Source: Prorocentrum cordatum
Lineage: Eukaryota
Direction of reading: 5' to 3'
Assembly (NCBI GenBank): GCA_963575745.1
Contig: CAUYUJ010000001.1
Span: 3,410,001-3,474,000 of the forward strand
DNA length: 64,000 nt
Below the pieces are notes generated by a model, which saw only the letters and a list, made by a program, of their open reading frames with translations, was not told the origin of the DNA and made no database searches. Within the stretch, counting starts at the first letter, position 1. Each line of letters starts with the position of its first letter. The translations under genes and the position numbers were made by a program. Below, one piece after another: positions 49,493 through 62,331 of this stretch.

Positions 49493-51863
49493 GGATCGAA
49501 GACGCCTACGGCGAATCACCGCCGCCCCCTGCCTTTTTGGAAGCGCCTATGTGGCCGAACGTTGAGGCCAGACCTGCCAAGCTATCGGACCATGTGTTCC
49601 CCGGATCGGTTTGGAAAGCCTTCGGGGTACACGTGGGCATCTTGAAGGTCATCTTGGCCGCCTGGAGGCCATTTCGACCCTTTCGGGCCTTCTTGGAGGT
49701 CGTCTTGGAGGGCTCTTGGACCGTCTTGGAGGCCATCTTGAGCGTCTTGGAGACCTCTTGGGCCGTCTTGGGGGCCTCTTGGGGCCGTGTCTGGGGGGCA
49801 CTTGGGCCGTCTCGGGCCGTCGGAAGGCAGGAAAAACTCCAGATGCCACAATTCTTCAAGAACCCATGGGACATCAATGATTTTGGCCTTTTCGGGCCTT
49901 CTTGGAGGCCCTCTTGGAGGCCTCTTGGGCCGTCTTGGGCCATCTTAGGGCCATGTTCGGCCGTCTTGGTGGGCTCCTGGTCCGTCTGACGCCTTCGGAA
50001 GCCGCTTGGGGGGGCAATCTTGGAAGCCTCTTGGGCGATCTTTCGGCGATCTTTGGGGGCTCTTGGGCCGTCTCCTTTCTGGGCCGTCTGGGGGCCCTCT
50101 TGGGGCGCTTCGGGGCCGTCTTGGAGGCCATCTTGGGCGGCTTGGAGGCCATCTTGGGCTTGTTGGAGGCCTCTTGGGCTGTCTTGGGGCCCTCTTGGGG
50201 CCGTCTTGGAGGCCACTTGGGCCGTCATTAGGGGCCCTCTTGGGGGCCTCTTGGGCGATCTTGGGGGCCGCTTGGGCCGTCTTGAGCCGTTGGAATGCCG
50301 AGAAGAGGCAAATGCCAAAATCCTTCAAAAACCTAAGGAAAATCAATGATGTTGGCCTCTTCGGGCCCTCCTCGAGGACCTCTTGGAGGCCTCTGGCCGT
50401 CTTGGATGCCCCTGGGGCGCCTCTTGGGCCGTCTTGGGCCGTCGTGGACTCTCTTGGGCCATCTTGGAGGCCGTCTTGGACCATCTTGGGCGGACTTGGA
50501 GGCCATCTTGGGCCATCTTCGCGATTTGTTGAAGATGTCCCGAGAGAAACGGCGTTTTTTTTTGGGGGGGGGGGGCAACCACCTCTTCCGGGTGGCCGGC
50601 GGGACGAGCCGAAGCCCCAGGGGGAGTTCTTTTGGAACAAAAAGCCAAAACCCAAACCCATATAGTTCGGCGCGCCAGGCACCCGTGTGATGAATCAACA
50701 GGGGGCGGCGGACTCCCCCTGGGGCTTCGGCCCGTCCCGCCGGCCACCCAGAAGAGGTTGTTGCCATCCCCAAAAACGGCCGTTTCGCTCGGGACATCCT
50801 GAACAACATCGCGAAGATGGCCCAAGATGGCTTGCAATATGCCTCCAAGACAGCCAAGATGGCCTTCAAGACGGCTAAGATGGCCCCAAGATGCATCCAA
50901 CACGGCCCAAGATGGCCCCAATATGGTCTAAGACGGCCCACAAGGCCCGCAAGAGGCCTCCAAGACGGCCCAAGAGGCCTTCAAGAGTTCCTCCAGGAAG
51001 GCCCGACGAGGCCAACATCCTTTATTTTCCGTTGGCTTTGAAGGATTTTGGTATTTGCGCCTTTTCGGCTTTCCGACGGCCCGTGACGGCCCCAGAGGCC
51101 GCCAAGGTCGCCCCAAGATCGCCCAAGAGGCCTCCAAGATGGCCCCATGACGGCCCAAGTGGCCCCCAAGACGGCCCCAAGAGGGCGCCAAGACGGCACA
51201 AGAGGCCTCGAAGACGCCCACGATGGCCTCTAAGACGGCCCTGGAGCACCCCAAGAGGGCCCCAAGTCGGCCCAGGAAGGCCCCCGAAACGGCTTCCGAC
51301 GGCGTCAGACGGGCCAGGAGCCCACCAAGATGGCCGAAGGTGGCTCGCAGCTGGCCCAAGACGGCCCAAGAGGCCTCCAAGAGGGCCTCCAGGAAGGTCA
51401 GAAAAGGCCCAGAAGAGTGATTTTCCTAAGGTTTTTGCAAGATTTTGACATTTGCTTCGTTTCGGCCTTCCGACGGCCCGATACGGCCCAAAAGCTCCCA
51501 AAGATCGCCCAAGGATCGCCCAAGAGGCCTCCAAGATGGCCCCAGAACGGCCCAAGAGGCGCCCTAGACGGCCCCAAGAGGCCCCCAAGACGGCCCAAGA
51601 GGTCTCCAAGACGCTCAAGATGGCCTCCAAGACGGCCCACGAGCCCTCCAAGACGTCCTCCAAGAAGGCCCGAAAGAGTCAAAATGGCCTCCAGGCGGCC
51701 AAGATGACCTTCAAGATGCCCACGTGTTCCCCGAAGGCTTTCCAAACCGATTCGGGGAACACATGGTCCGATATCTTGGCAGGTCTGGCCTCAGCGTTCG
51801 GCCACATAGGCGCTTCCACAAAGGCAGGGGGCGGCGGTGATTTGCCGTAGGCGCCTTCGATCC
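49493..51863. repeat. Large inverted repeat: arms 49493-50627 and 50712-51863, 84-nt spacer
   Basis: Outer ends ggatcgaagacgcctacggc / gccgtaggcgccttcgatcc; inner ends ccgaagccccagggggagt / actccccctggggcttcgg; interiors colinear. Confidence 0.9.
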
Positions 51864-53420
51864 CTCACCCTCTGTTGGCTTCCCACATGGGTGCCCAGGA
51901 GGTTTTTGCTTCTCTCGGAACTCCCCCTAGGGCTGCGGTCCAAGGAGGAGGAGGAGGAGGAGGAGGAGGAGGAGGAGGAGGAGGAGGAGGAGGAGGAGGA
52001 GGAGGAGGGGCGCTTCCCACCCAGAACCACCCCCCCATTTGCCCAGACGGCTGCTGTCCTCGCTCCTGGATGGCCAAACATCGACCCCAAGATGCCTCCA
52101 GTACCGCCAAGCTGGCCAAAAAATTGCCTCCAAGACTGCTTCCAAAACGGCCCGAGCGCCAAGACGGCCAACATGGCTTTCCAGACGGCCAAGATTAAAA
52201 CGACGCGAAGATCGGGACAAAATCGGATCGGGATAACTGGAAATCTCTGAGAATCGGCGGGTTTGGAGGATGTATTGGGCGCCGCGGCCGCTCCAGAGCG
52301 TTCTGGAACGCTCTGAGAGCGCTCCGGAACGCTCTGGAGCGATTTATCCCGATCCTAGCCCTGTTTTAAAGATGACTCAAGATGGGCCCCAGAGGCATCC
52401 GCAAGGTCTCAGAGACTTCTATGAGGTCCTCGTGGAAGGCCCGAGGGAGCCAGAATCATTGATTGTCTGAAGGTTTTGGAAGGATGTTGGCATTTGCTTC
52501 TTTTCGGCCTTCCGACGGCCCAAGCCGGCCCAAGAGATCCCCATAGTCGGCCAGTAGGCCTCCAAGATGGCTTCAGACGGGCCCAAGAGGCCCTCAAGAC
52601 GGCCACAAGAGGGCCGGCCCAAGATGCCTCCAAGACGCCTCCAGTACGGCCCTGGAGCTCCCCAAGAAGGCCCCAAGTCGGTTCAGAGAGGCCCCCAATA
52701 CGGTTGACGATGGCGGCAGACGGGCCAGGAACGTTCTAAGACGGCCAAACCAGCCCCGAAGAAGCCCCCAAAGGCCCCCACGAGGCACAAGGAGGCCCCC
52801 AAGAGGCCTCCAAGAGGTCCAAAGGAAACTCCTAGGAGACCCCAAGAGTGCCCCAAGAGGCTTCCAAGAGGCGTCCACCTCCTTCTCCTCCTCTTCGCTT
52901 CCAAAATGGCAGGGGGCGGCGGAGCGGGCGCCGAAATGATATCGTGAGGCAAGGCCGCCCGAGGGTGAGAGGGAATGGCACGACTTGGAATCTCAGATTC
53001 CCGGCCTGGCTGCCAATGCGTCGGGCCCATCCTCACAGGAGGAGGAGGAGGAGGAGGAGGAGGAGGAGGAGAGCCCTCACAACATCCTCTATGGCCATGG
53101 CGAGGGGAGGTTGAGCCGTTGGCCTCGTATTCGGCCAGGTCCTCGTCGACTCGCCCCAGCGCGCGGTGGGGGCCTCGGCGGCGTCTGTCTGCATGCGCTC
53201 GTCGATGCTCGAGCCGACTACCGTGCCGGCCTTACAGCGCAGCTGAAGTTACAAGGACGGCGGGATTGAGCTGCCTCCCTCCCGCCCCTCATCATCCACA
53301 ACCACTCATCCCTCCCCGGACAATGTGCAGCCGCGGCGCCGCCTCTCGTGCGTGTTGTGTTGTGTAGTGTTTTGTTGTATCGTAATATATTGTATTGTGT
53401 GGTGATGTGTGCGTGTGTCT

Positions 53421-53451
<31 letters not shown>

Positions 53452-53737
53452 CAACCAAAAGAGTACGCTGCCCGCGCGGCCGCGACGCCCAACACATGTG
53501 TATACATGACTGTCCAAATACATACATACAAACATACAAACATACAAACATACAAACATACAAACATACAAACGTACACATGTACATACATACATACATA
53601 CATACATACATACATACATACATACATACATACATACATACGTACGTACGTACGTACGTACGTACGTACGTACGTACATACATACATACATACATACATA
53701 CATACATACATACACACATGAATGCATACATATATAC

Positions 53738-54843
53738 ACAAGGCTGCACTGGCGCTTCGCGCCATAAACCTTGGTCCTTGAAGTTCGACATGCAGGCGGA
53801 ATTGCATGATGGCCAAACCGACAATCTAGCGATAACTCCTTGTTGTCTTTTCTGGCATCGCCGTGTAATATTATTCGTTCTCCTTCTTCCATGTTCCTGT
53901 TTCCTCATTCTCGCCATACCCTGCGTATTTTCCCCATCCTCCTCAGCTCTCTTTGCGGAGGCTCCTTCTTGGAGAGCCGCTGGGGGCCTCACACACATTT
54001 TTCAAGATTTCTTAAGGCCTTCGGGAAGATTCCTGGGCGTCTTCTGGGGGCCTCTTGGGGTTTCCTCGGGCCACCCTGCCTCAAACCGCGGTCCCCCTGA
54101 ACGGCCGGGTCGCGAGTTGGAATGCGTCGGAGGGTGTTTTGGGGCCATATTGGGCCGTCACTGGGGCTCTCTTAGGCCATCTTGTGTTCTGCCGTCTTGG
54201 GGCTCTCTTGGGTGAGCGTTCCCATGACACGCCGAAGAAGTCGCAGAAGCTCCGAACAAATCGAATTTTGGTCGCTGTCTGAATGCCTGGAGGGCTCCAA
54301 GCACTCAGGAAGTCTTCGATCGTCGAACTTCGAATCTTGATCCGTTGCCTGTCTCTCTCGATCGAGGAATTTAAAACTCGAGCCTCAAGCGTGGAACCAA
54401 GATCGTCGGGTCAGCTCGAATGGGGGAAAACCGTCTGGGCGTTTCTGGGGCTCTTTTGGGCCGTCCTGGGGCCTTCTTGGGCCGTCTTGGGGAGCTGGGG
54501 CCCTCCAGCGGTCTTCTGAAGCTATCTGGGGCCCTCATGGGGGCCTCCAGTGGCCTTTCTGGGGGTTCCAAATGGCTCTCGTGGATGTCTCTTGGGAGCC
54601 TTGTGGGGGCTTCGGGCTTCTTGTGAACCCCAGCAGCTGAGTGACGCGTTGGTAATTCGTTTCTATCTCCACGAAGCTATCGAAGATTGCCTGCCATGTT
54701 CTGTCTCGGCGTCTGGGGGCGCAGTCAGCATTCGCGCTCTGCCGCTGCGAGAGTACTGGGGTGCGCGGGCTGAGAGGCAAAGATCGATGCGCGCACGCAT
54801 ATATATATATATATATACACATTTATTTATTGTTATACATATG

Positions 54844-54876
<33 letters not shown>

Positions 54877-55912
54877 ATATATATATATATATATGTATAT
54901 TTGTATGTGTGTATACACTTACATGTATATATATATGTGTGTATATATATATACATACAGACATACATACATATTCATCTTCCTATATTTTTACAAGCCT
55001 GGGCGGGGGGACCCCCCCTCAACAAAAACAACGAACTCCCGGGATCTGGGGCTTTGGAGCCCTCCGGACGGGCCTCGAAGCGGCCCCCCAGGCCTCCGGG
55101 CAACTCTTCAGACGACCCGGGGGAACCTCGCGAGAGTCCAAAGACGGCTTCCAGGCGTTCTGGCACACTCACGAAACCACCCCAGAGAGCCCCAATACGG
55201 TCCACGACGACCCCCGAGAAGCCGTCATAGCTCCAAAATCGTTCCGAAACGTCCCAAGAGGCCTCCAAGAGCACTCCCAAGAAGGCCTCACATCATTGAT
55301 TTTCTGTTGGTTTTTGGTGAATGGTGGGGCTCTCCTCTTTTTGGTCTCCCGACGCTCCAAGACGGCGGTCTTCTGGGCGCCCGAAGCCGCCTGGGGGGCT
55401 CCAAAATCGCCCCACAATCATCCGAGGAGGCTTCCAGGTAATCCAAGAGAGCCCCAAAACGGCACAACAGAGGTCCAAGATGGCCCTCAGAGAGCCCCAT
55501 GGCGGCCCAAGATGGCCCCGAGATACCCTCCGAAGAATTCCAAATCGTGACGCGGTCGTTTAGGGGGGCCGCGGTTGGAGGCAGGGCGGCCCGAAGAAGC
55601 CCCCAGAGGCCCCCAGAACGCGCCCGGGGCGCCTCCAGAAGGCCTTAAGAAAGCCTGAAACAATCTGCGAGGCTCTCGAATGAGGACCTCCCGCAACAAA
55701 AAGCTGAGGGGGGCGGGGGAATGCGCGGGGTATGGCGAAAATGAAGAAGAAACATTGAATAATGATAACGAATCACATTATTATAGCAACGATGCCGGAT
55801 CAGGCAACAAGGAATTATCGCTAAATTGTCGGCTCGACCTTCCTGCCATCCCGCCTGCGCACCAAACTTCGAGGACCATGGTGCACGGCGCGAAGCGCCG
55901 CCGCAGTTTTGT
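53738..55912. mobile_element. Two family H copies in inverted orientation (53738-~54200 and ~54990-55912)
   Basis: caaggctgcactggcgcttcgcgcc...gtccttgaagttcg at the left and ccaaacttcgaggaccatggtgcacggcgcgaagcgcc at the right, each next to a microsatellite. Confidence 0.72.
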
Positions 55913-55934
55913 ATGTGTATATACATACACATAG

Positions 55935-57781
55935 AAAATGAATTTAACTGCCCAAGAAGATGTCCGCGACCATGATGGGAGCCATCGCGGCTGTGCGCAT
56001 GCCGCGAGAAATCCGCTCCGTAATGGCGCCCATGGTCGGTGCATTCAGGCGCAAGCTGCGCGCGTTATAAATGACCGCGCTCGGCGCCAGTCGCTGAGTG
56101 CGTCCTGGCAGGAGGATCTCGCGAAAGTCGCGAACCGATTCCGCGCGCGCCAGTTGTCCAGCGAGTGAGATCGCACAGCCGCCCGCGCCCCGCTTGGCGA
56201 CGAACGCAAAGAAAATCCGCATCGGCACGCGGGCGCGGAAAAAGGGGGCTTGTTCCAATTTCACTTCTGTCGCATGCATTTCCTGCACCGCCGCAGCTGT
56301 TCCCGGTCTTGAGAAATTTGGCGGGGTAGTCGATGTTCCTCTGTGGTGTGCTTCCTGTCATCGTATCGCAATGTCGCGGCGTCCTCGCGTTCGACGCGCC
56401 GAAAACGACTGGTCTACGATGTTCCGCAGGCGCGCGCCATGGAACTATTCCCGCGTTGAATGTGCCGCGCCGCCGCGTCGACGGGTCGGAACCGTGATTC
56501 GACCTGCTCTTTCAGCGAAAGGTTGTCCAGATCACATTCAGACACAGCGCGATCATTCCCCACTCCAGGACCGCCCACAGAAATTTGGATGACTGGGGTA
56601 TCTCCATTGGATATGACTCCCATGTGTCTGTTCGCCCTCCACCGTCCAGCTGTCGTCGTCACCTTGACCACTTCCAAGAGTCGGTTGGTTTGCACGTCCT
56701 TTCGAATCTGCTGTATGCTTTTGTCCAGCCCGAAATAGACCGGGGTCTTCGAGCTGGTCGGCGCATCAGCTTCGAAGCGGCGCCAAGTGCCAGGAGAGTC
56801 CTTGAGCCCACGCAACGCCTTGGCCACGCGATAGGCAGCCAGTCATTCAGCGCCGCACACACACACACGTACAGCAGCACGCCTACCAGGAGACGGTCCT
56901 TCCACATCACATTTGTCACCGTCCAGTTCCATAGACTGAAGTCATCCCTGCACGCTGTGAAGGATGGCCGTCTTCGTGACAGTCTTTTGGCATTTGCCAT
57001 TAATTTTGCTTTGCCAGGCTCACGAGCCAGTCTGGTGTAATCTGCCAACTCATGCTTGGGCGGTGCAGGCGCACAAATTTGAACCACCCATGCCATCGCG
57101 TCCAGTCGTTCTACCATTCCATTCGTTCCTCCTCCAGCTTGCGGGCACGTCTGCCTAAACCATTGAGGTGGCCATCGATATGATCATTTTTGGCCTCGTG
57201 CCACGTAGCTATAGCGCGGATGGCCGTGTAGACTCTTTGATATCTGAAGCCATTTTATCAGTAGACGCTGTGACCGAGGCTGCGATTTCAGTCCGCATCG
57301 TTTCCAGAATTTGTCCACCTCTGAGCGCAGCGCTGGACCATCAAGGCGAAGAGGGTCACCGGCAACATTGGGAGGATCTGCGTGCATATCACCTTTTCCC
57401 ACGAGCTTTGCCCAAAAGGGTCATTGCCTTGGATGGGGGTCCGAAGAGGCACATGCATAATCTTGTCCGATTTCGCCTTCGGCATCTGGATGGTCCTCTC
57501 GAGGCAGTTTCTTAGCACGGTCCCCAGAGCCATCCATCAGCGAGACGCCTGGCAGTAACAGAAAGGCCACGGGCCCGAGAGGATCCATCTGGCATGCGCC
57601 CCGCGGGCACGATTCGAGAAGTCCACGTGAGTTGAGAGAGAATGGGCCGCCACTCGCCCGAGAAGCGCTGGCAGAAACTGAACCGACTGTCGGACGCAAA
57701 CGTCCTCGCACTGCCGCGGGATAGCGGTGTCCATTTCCTGGTCTCGGACACAGCAAGACCTTGAGTCAAAATGGCAACGGA
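55935..57781 (-). mobile_element. LINE B: SL-headed, 3'-truncated, degenerate non-LTR retrotransposon (ORF1 plus N-terminal APE)
   Basis: SL relic, then a broken ORF (...KALRGLKDSPGTWRRFEADAPTSSKTPVYFGLDKSIQQIRKDVQTNRLL...), then APE-like motifs SNAR, AVQEMH, AGGCAI, LLPGR, IYN and a frameshifted LG(D)LNF at ~55945. Confidence 0.7.
57760..57781 (-). other. Dinoflagellate spliced-leader relic (diverged)
   Basis: Minus strand TCCGTTGCCATTTTGACTCAAG: 20/22 match to the DinoSL. Confidence 0.88.
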
Positions 57782-58036
57782 TGTGTGTATGTGTATGTGT
57801 ATCTGTATGTGTATGTGTATGTGTTTATGTGTGTGCGGCCTCCACCGCACCGTAGCCTCGTCCTCCCACTGCCCCCCCCCGTCATCCACGCCCGGCTTGC
57901 TTATGGCGGCGGCTGCTGCAGAACCCTGAGTGGTCTCTGAGGGCTTGGGCGCTTCGAGGAGGCGCGTGCGCCATTGCTGTTCCACGACCTTCTCCGCCCT
58001 GTCACTGCGCGCAGGCCCGCGACGCCAACAAACAGT

Positions 58037-58076
<40 letters not shown>

Positions 58077-58669
58077 GTGCCTGCGTATGTGTAAAAATGA
58101 GTGCTCTCGATGCGCCTCAGCACGCCCTCTGCCGACTCACCCTCTCCTCTCGCTGCGCCTTCCCCCAGCCACACCTCCCGTCGGCCCCCCTTCGCCACCA
58201 CCTCGCGGCTGCCTCCCCGCGGGTCATGCTGCGCGGTCTCCTGTGGGTGGACCCGGCATACCCCTGCTGCTTCTGAGCTGGCGTGCGCCCGTTTCCCTTC
58301 TCCGGCTTCAGCCCGACTGCGTTACGTTGCTGCGCGCGTGGCCGCAACGTCAAACAAGCGTGGGCGTATGTTTGCACAAGCGCTCGGTCCGAGCGTGGCT
58401 TTATCCCCGCTGGGCCGCTCTCGGGGCCCCCCAATCCACGCCCCGCGCGCCCCTCCCCCCCCGCCTCCCGTGCCTCGATTCGCCATCGGGCGTGCCCCAC
58501 CATAGCCCGACCGCCACTGGGTGCCCCGGTGGCCGCCGACAGACAAGTCTGGACGCGCACGCACGCGCACACGACGTCCCTCGCCAAACAGCGATTGCCC
58601 TTTGATTAGATGCTCATTTTGGGGACCTTCCTGGAGCCACTCGCTCCACTCGTGCGTCGAAGCTGCGTC

Positions 58670-58771
58670 GAACTTGAGTAGAACCTGAGTCGAACCTGAG
58701 TCGAACCTGAGTCGAATCTGAGTCGAACCTGTGTCGAACCTGAGTCGACCCTGAGTCGAACCTGAGTCGAA
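58670..58771 (+). repeat. 11-bp tandem repeat (CCTGAGTCGAA)
   Basis: About 9 units. Confidence 0.92.
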
Positions 58772-59197
58772 CAGATCCATTCGGTGGGCCCCAGGAAGGT
58801 CCCCCAAAACGAGCGTCGAACTTTGAGGCTCCTGCCCCTCGAGGCAAATAACCCCAGACATGCGACGTCCTGATTTTTTCAGGACGGCGCCCCTGGAAAT
58901 CTAGACCCTTTCCCTGGGGCCGGTTTTTCGTCCTGAGTCGTTTTTGACGGTCCCGAGGCCCGGCGAGGGCCCCCAGGGGTCGAAAATAGCGAAAACCCCC
59001 CCGTCCGGATTTTTTTACGACGCCATCATGTCTGGGACTGCATGGGCCCCCGCCCGGCTTCCGCCCGGTGGGCGGCCGCGCCCCGTGGGCGCCTCCCCCC
59101 CTCGCGCCGGCGCCAGGGTCCGCCGAGGCTTCGCCAGGCGGGCGCGCGTGGCCGCGCCTCGTGGGCGCCCCGGGGGCGCCCACGACGGTTTCGCCGG

Positions 59198-59495
59198 GGG
59201 AGGAGGAGGGAGGAGGAGGAGGAGGAGGAGGAGGAGGAGGAGGAGGGAGGAGGAGGGGAGGAGGAGGAGGAGAGGAGGAGGAGAGGAGGAGGAGGAGAGG
59301 AGGAGGAGGAGGAGGAGGGGGAGGAGGAGGAGGAGGAGGAGGAGGAGGAGGAGGAGGGGGAGGAGGAGGAGGAGGGAGGAGGAGGAGGAGGAGGAGGAGG
59401 AGGAGGAGGAGGAGGAGGAGGAGGAGGAGGAGGAGGAGGAGGAGGAGGAAGGAGGAGGAGGAGGAGGAGGAGGAGGGGGAGGAGGAGGAGGGGGA

Positions 59496-59526
<31 letters not shown>

Positions 59527-59600
59527 GAGGAGGAGGAGGAGGAGGAGGAGGAGGAGGAGGAGAGGAGGAGGAGGAGGAGGAGGAGGAGGAGGAGGAGGCG
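59198..59600 (+). repeat. (GGA)n microsatellite
   Basis: Directly visible; one of many GGA/CCT tracts in the window. Confidence 0.97.
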
Positions 59601-61791
59601 GAGTGGGCGCCCGGGCGGGGTTCGCCGTGGCCTGCAGCACGTGGCCTGCACCGCATGGGTTCTGCACCGCGCAGCGTGCACGTGCACCCGAGGGGCTGCA
59701 CCACAGTTCGCTCCGCGCAGATTGCGCGCCACTGGGCTGCACCACGCAGCTTGCACCACGTGGGTTGCACCACATATGCCGTGCATCCACGGTAGAGTAA
59801 CTGACTGTATTGGGGCCCGCGCCGACAAACATCCCTTTGTTCCAAGATAATGTCTCCAATCGGAAAATGCTCGTCCCTTCAACATGGCGCTCCCGCTGAT
59901 TCGTCGGCATCATGTTTGGCTCGGTGTTTTGCGCCCATCGGTCGAAATGGCACTTCCGCCCCAACGCAAGCCGCACTTCTGGATACGATGTCTTCCTAGT
60001 CGTTGTCCTTTCATCTCCTTTGTCGCCGCTGCTGCTGCTGCGACTTCTCCTGCTCCATCTCCAATGTGCAAAAGGCACCCCCTCCACACTGGATGCACAG
60101 CCAACTATGGGTAAAGTCCTGCGACTGCCATTTGTGACCAAGACCTTGTAGGACACCACGCTCGGCAGACAGAAGCATATTCGATGAAATGAGAAGGGAT
60201 AGGAGGGAAGGGTAGGACGTCAGATGTGCGGCGAGCGCGCATGCATCGTCATCCTTCGTTGCAGACCTCCAGCGCGCCTGGCCACTCCATCAGCAATCGG
60301 CACCCGACGACTGTCGGGCACATGGACTACTACTCTGGGCATCAGCAAGAACAAAGAACAAGAGGTTCCCCTCCGCTCCTCCCACTCCCGCTCGACCCCC
60401 CTCCCCTCCCCTTCCGTTCTCTCTGCTCTCCATCCCGTCCGATCCACCTCCCTTTCCCTCTTCCCTCCCCTTCCGTCCCCTCCCCTTCTGTTTCCCTCCC
60501 CTTCCCCTCCCCTTCCGTTTCCCGCCCCGTCCCTTCGCCATCCCGTCCTTCCCCCTCTCCTGCTCCTCTGGCTCTGCACCCCTCCTCGAGACCCTCGATT
60601 TGGGCGCCCACGGACCGCCGAAGACACGGGGGCGCCCACGCCCTCAGGTGCGACGCGGAGCAGAGCAAAGGCTGCTAGGGAGAGTCGAAGACGGCCCCCC
60701 GCTCAGTTGGCGGGTTCCGGAAAGCTTGAATCCAAACATGCTGTCACTCTTGGGGGCGCATCTTTTACTTCCGGCACCTTCCGCCGGCCTTCCGCCAGCC
60801 TTCCGCCAGCCTCCGCCACCCTTCCGCCAAGGAAAAGATGACAACTCCTTCGATCCTCGAAGGCCAGGCCCTTTCTGGAACGCCTCAATTATTTTCCAGA
60901 CAGAGCGGGCCCATCGCAGCTCGCTGCGAGCGGAGCGAAACGCGCGACTGCTCGATGACTGGCAGGCGGACGGCTGGCACCGCCGCAGCGAGGACCTCAC
61001 AGATGAAACGTTACCACCCCCAGGCGAATGACCTCAGAACGCATCTCCAGACCTGTCCTGGCCATCATCTTGACTGGCTTTTCGAGCCGAGACGGGTCAC
61101 TGCACCAAGGGGGACCACCAGCTCTACTGGAACGGCACGCGCCAGGGCACACCTGCCGAAACGATGGACAGAAGGTACGCTGGCCGCATCGAGCAGCCTA
61201 CACTCCCGACGGTCCTGCTGGCCCGGCGTACTGCTCCCCCAGGCCCCCTGCTGCTGCCTCTGCCGCCAGTGATGCGCTCTCCTTCCGCCTCTCGCGCACC
61301 TGCTGCTCCGCTCCTGGCCGGGGCCGAAGCCCGTCGCGTTCCCCGCCCGCCCCCGGCGGAGGCCGGCGGGAGGCGGTGGAGCAGGAGGGTGGTGACAACC
61401 AGGAGTAGGAGGAGGAGGAGGAGGAGGAGGAGGAGGAGGATGAGGAGGCGGATGCGGCAACGACAGCAGCAACAGCAGCAGGCGGTGACGCCGGCCTGGT
61501 GGAGTCCAGGCCCTCGGCCTTCGGGTGGTGCAGCCTGCCGTTCTCGGCCACCACTGGGCACTCGTTCTCGCGGGCGCGCGCACTTGTAGACCGGAGGATC
61601 GGACTGCATCGATACTGGACAACGCTCGGGTATCTCTTCACGTCTAGTGTGAGGGCATGGTGTTGATCGAGAGTGTCGTCTTATTCCACCGCCTCCTCTT
61701 CGTCTTCTAGGAGTCCCACCAGCCCTCGGGGCGTAGGTGGTCTAGAGAGTTTTCTCTTCCAATCCTCTTCTTCCGGTTCGGGGAAGGGCTT

Positions 61792-62166
61792 ATCACTGTT
61801 CCCTATTAATAAACACCCCCTCCCCCAGGCGACTGGTAGCCAACCAAAAACCATACAAAACACACTCTGCCTCCAAATTCGGAGCATGCGCAGCCAACCC
61901 GATGCGGCCTCCCCCCCGTCCCTGCCAACAAAACAACACAAATTACACTTGGCGGCGGCGGCGGCGGCGCGGCTGCTGCGGCGGCGGCGGCGGCCGCGGC
62001 GGCTGCAGCGGCTGCGGGCGGCGGTGGCGGCGGTGGAGGCGGTGGCGGCGGCGGCGGCGGCGGCGGCGGCTGCGGCGGCGGCGGCGGTGGCGGTGGCGGC
62101 AGCGGCTGCGGCGGCAGCGCGGCGCGGCTGCGCCGGCGGCGATTTGGCAGCGGGGGCGGCGGCGGC

Positions 62167-62207
<41 letters not shown>

Positions 62208-62330
62208 GGCGGCGACGGCGGCGGCGGCGGTGGCGGCGGCGGGCGGCGGCGGCGGGCGGAGGCGGCGGCGGTGGCGGTGGCGGCGGCGGGCGGCGGCGGC
62301 GGCGGCGGCGGAGGCGGCGGCGGCGGGCGG
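61792..62330 (+). mobile_element. Dispersed repeat with (GGC)n tail, copy 2
   Basis: Homologous to 8354-8800. Confidence 0.8.
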
Positions 62331-62331
62331 C

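Noticed and set aside
51676..51690. Additional partial SL matches (also near 5687, 52902 and 63966)
   Set aside because: Only the short CAAAATGGC core matches, mostly inside CCAAGA-rich repeats, with no downstream coding relic recognised.
59800..61680. Unique-looking stretches as host genes
   Set aside because: Frames contain stops and I recognised no motifs or consistent splice signals; short exons cannot be excluded.
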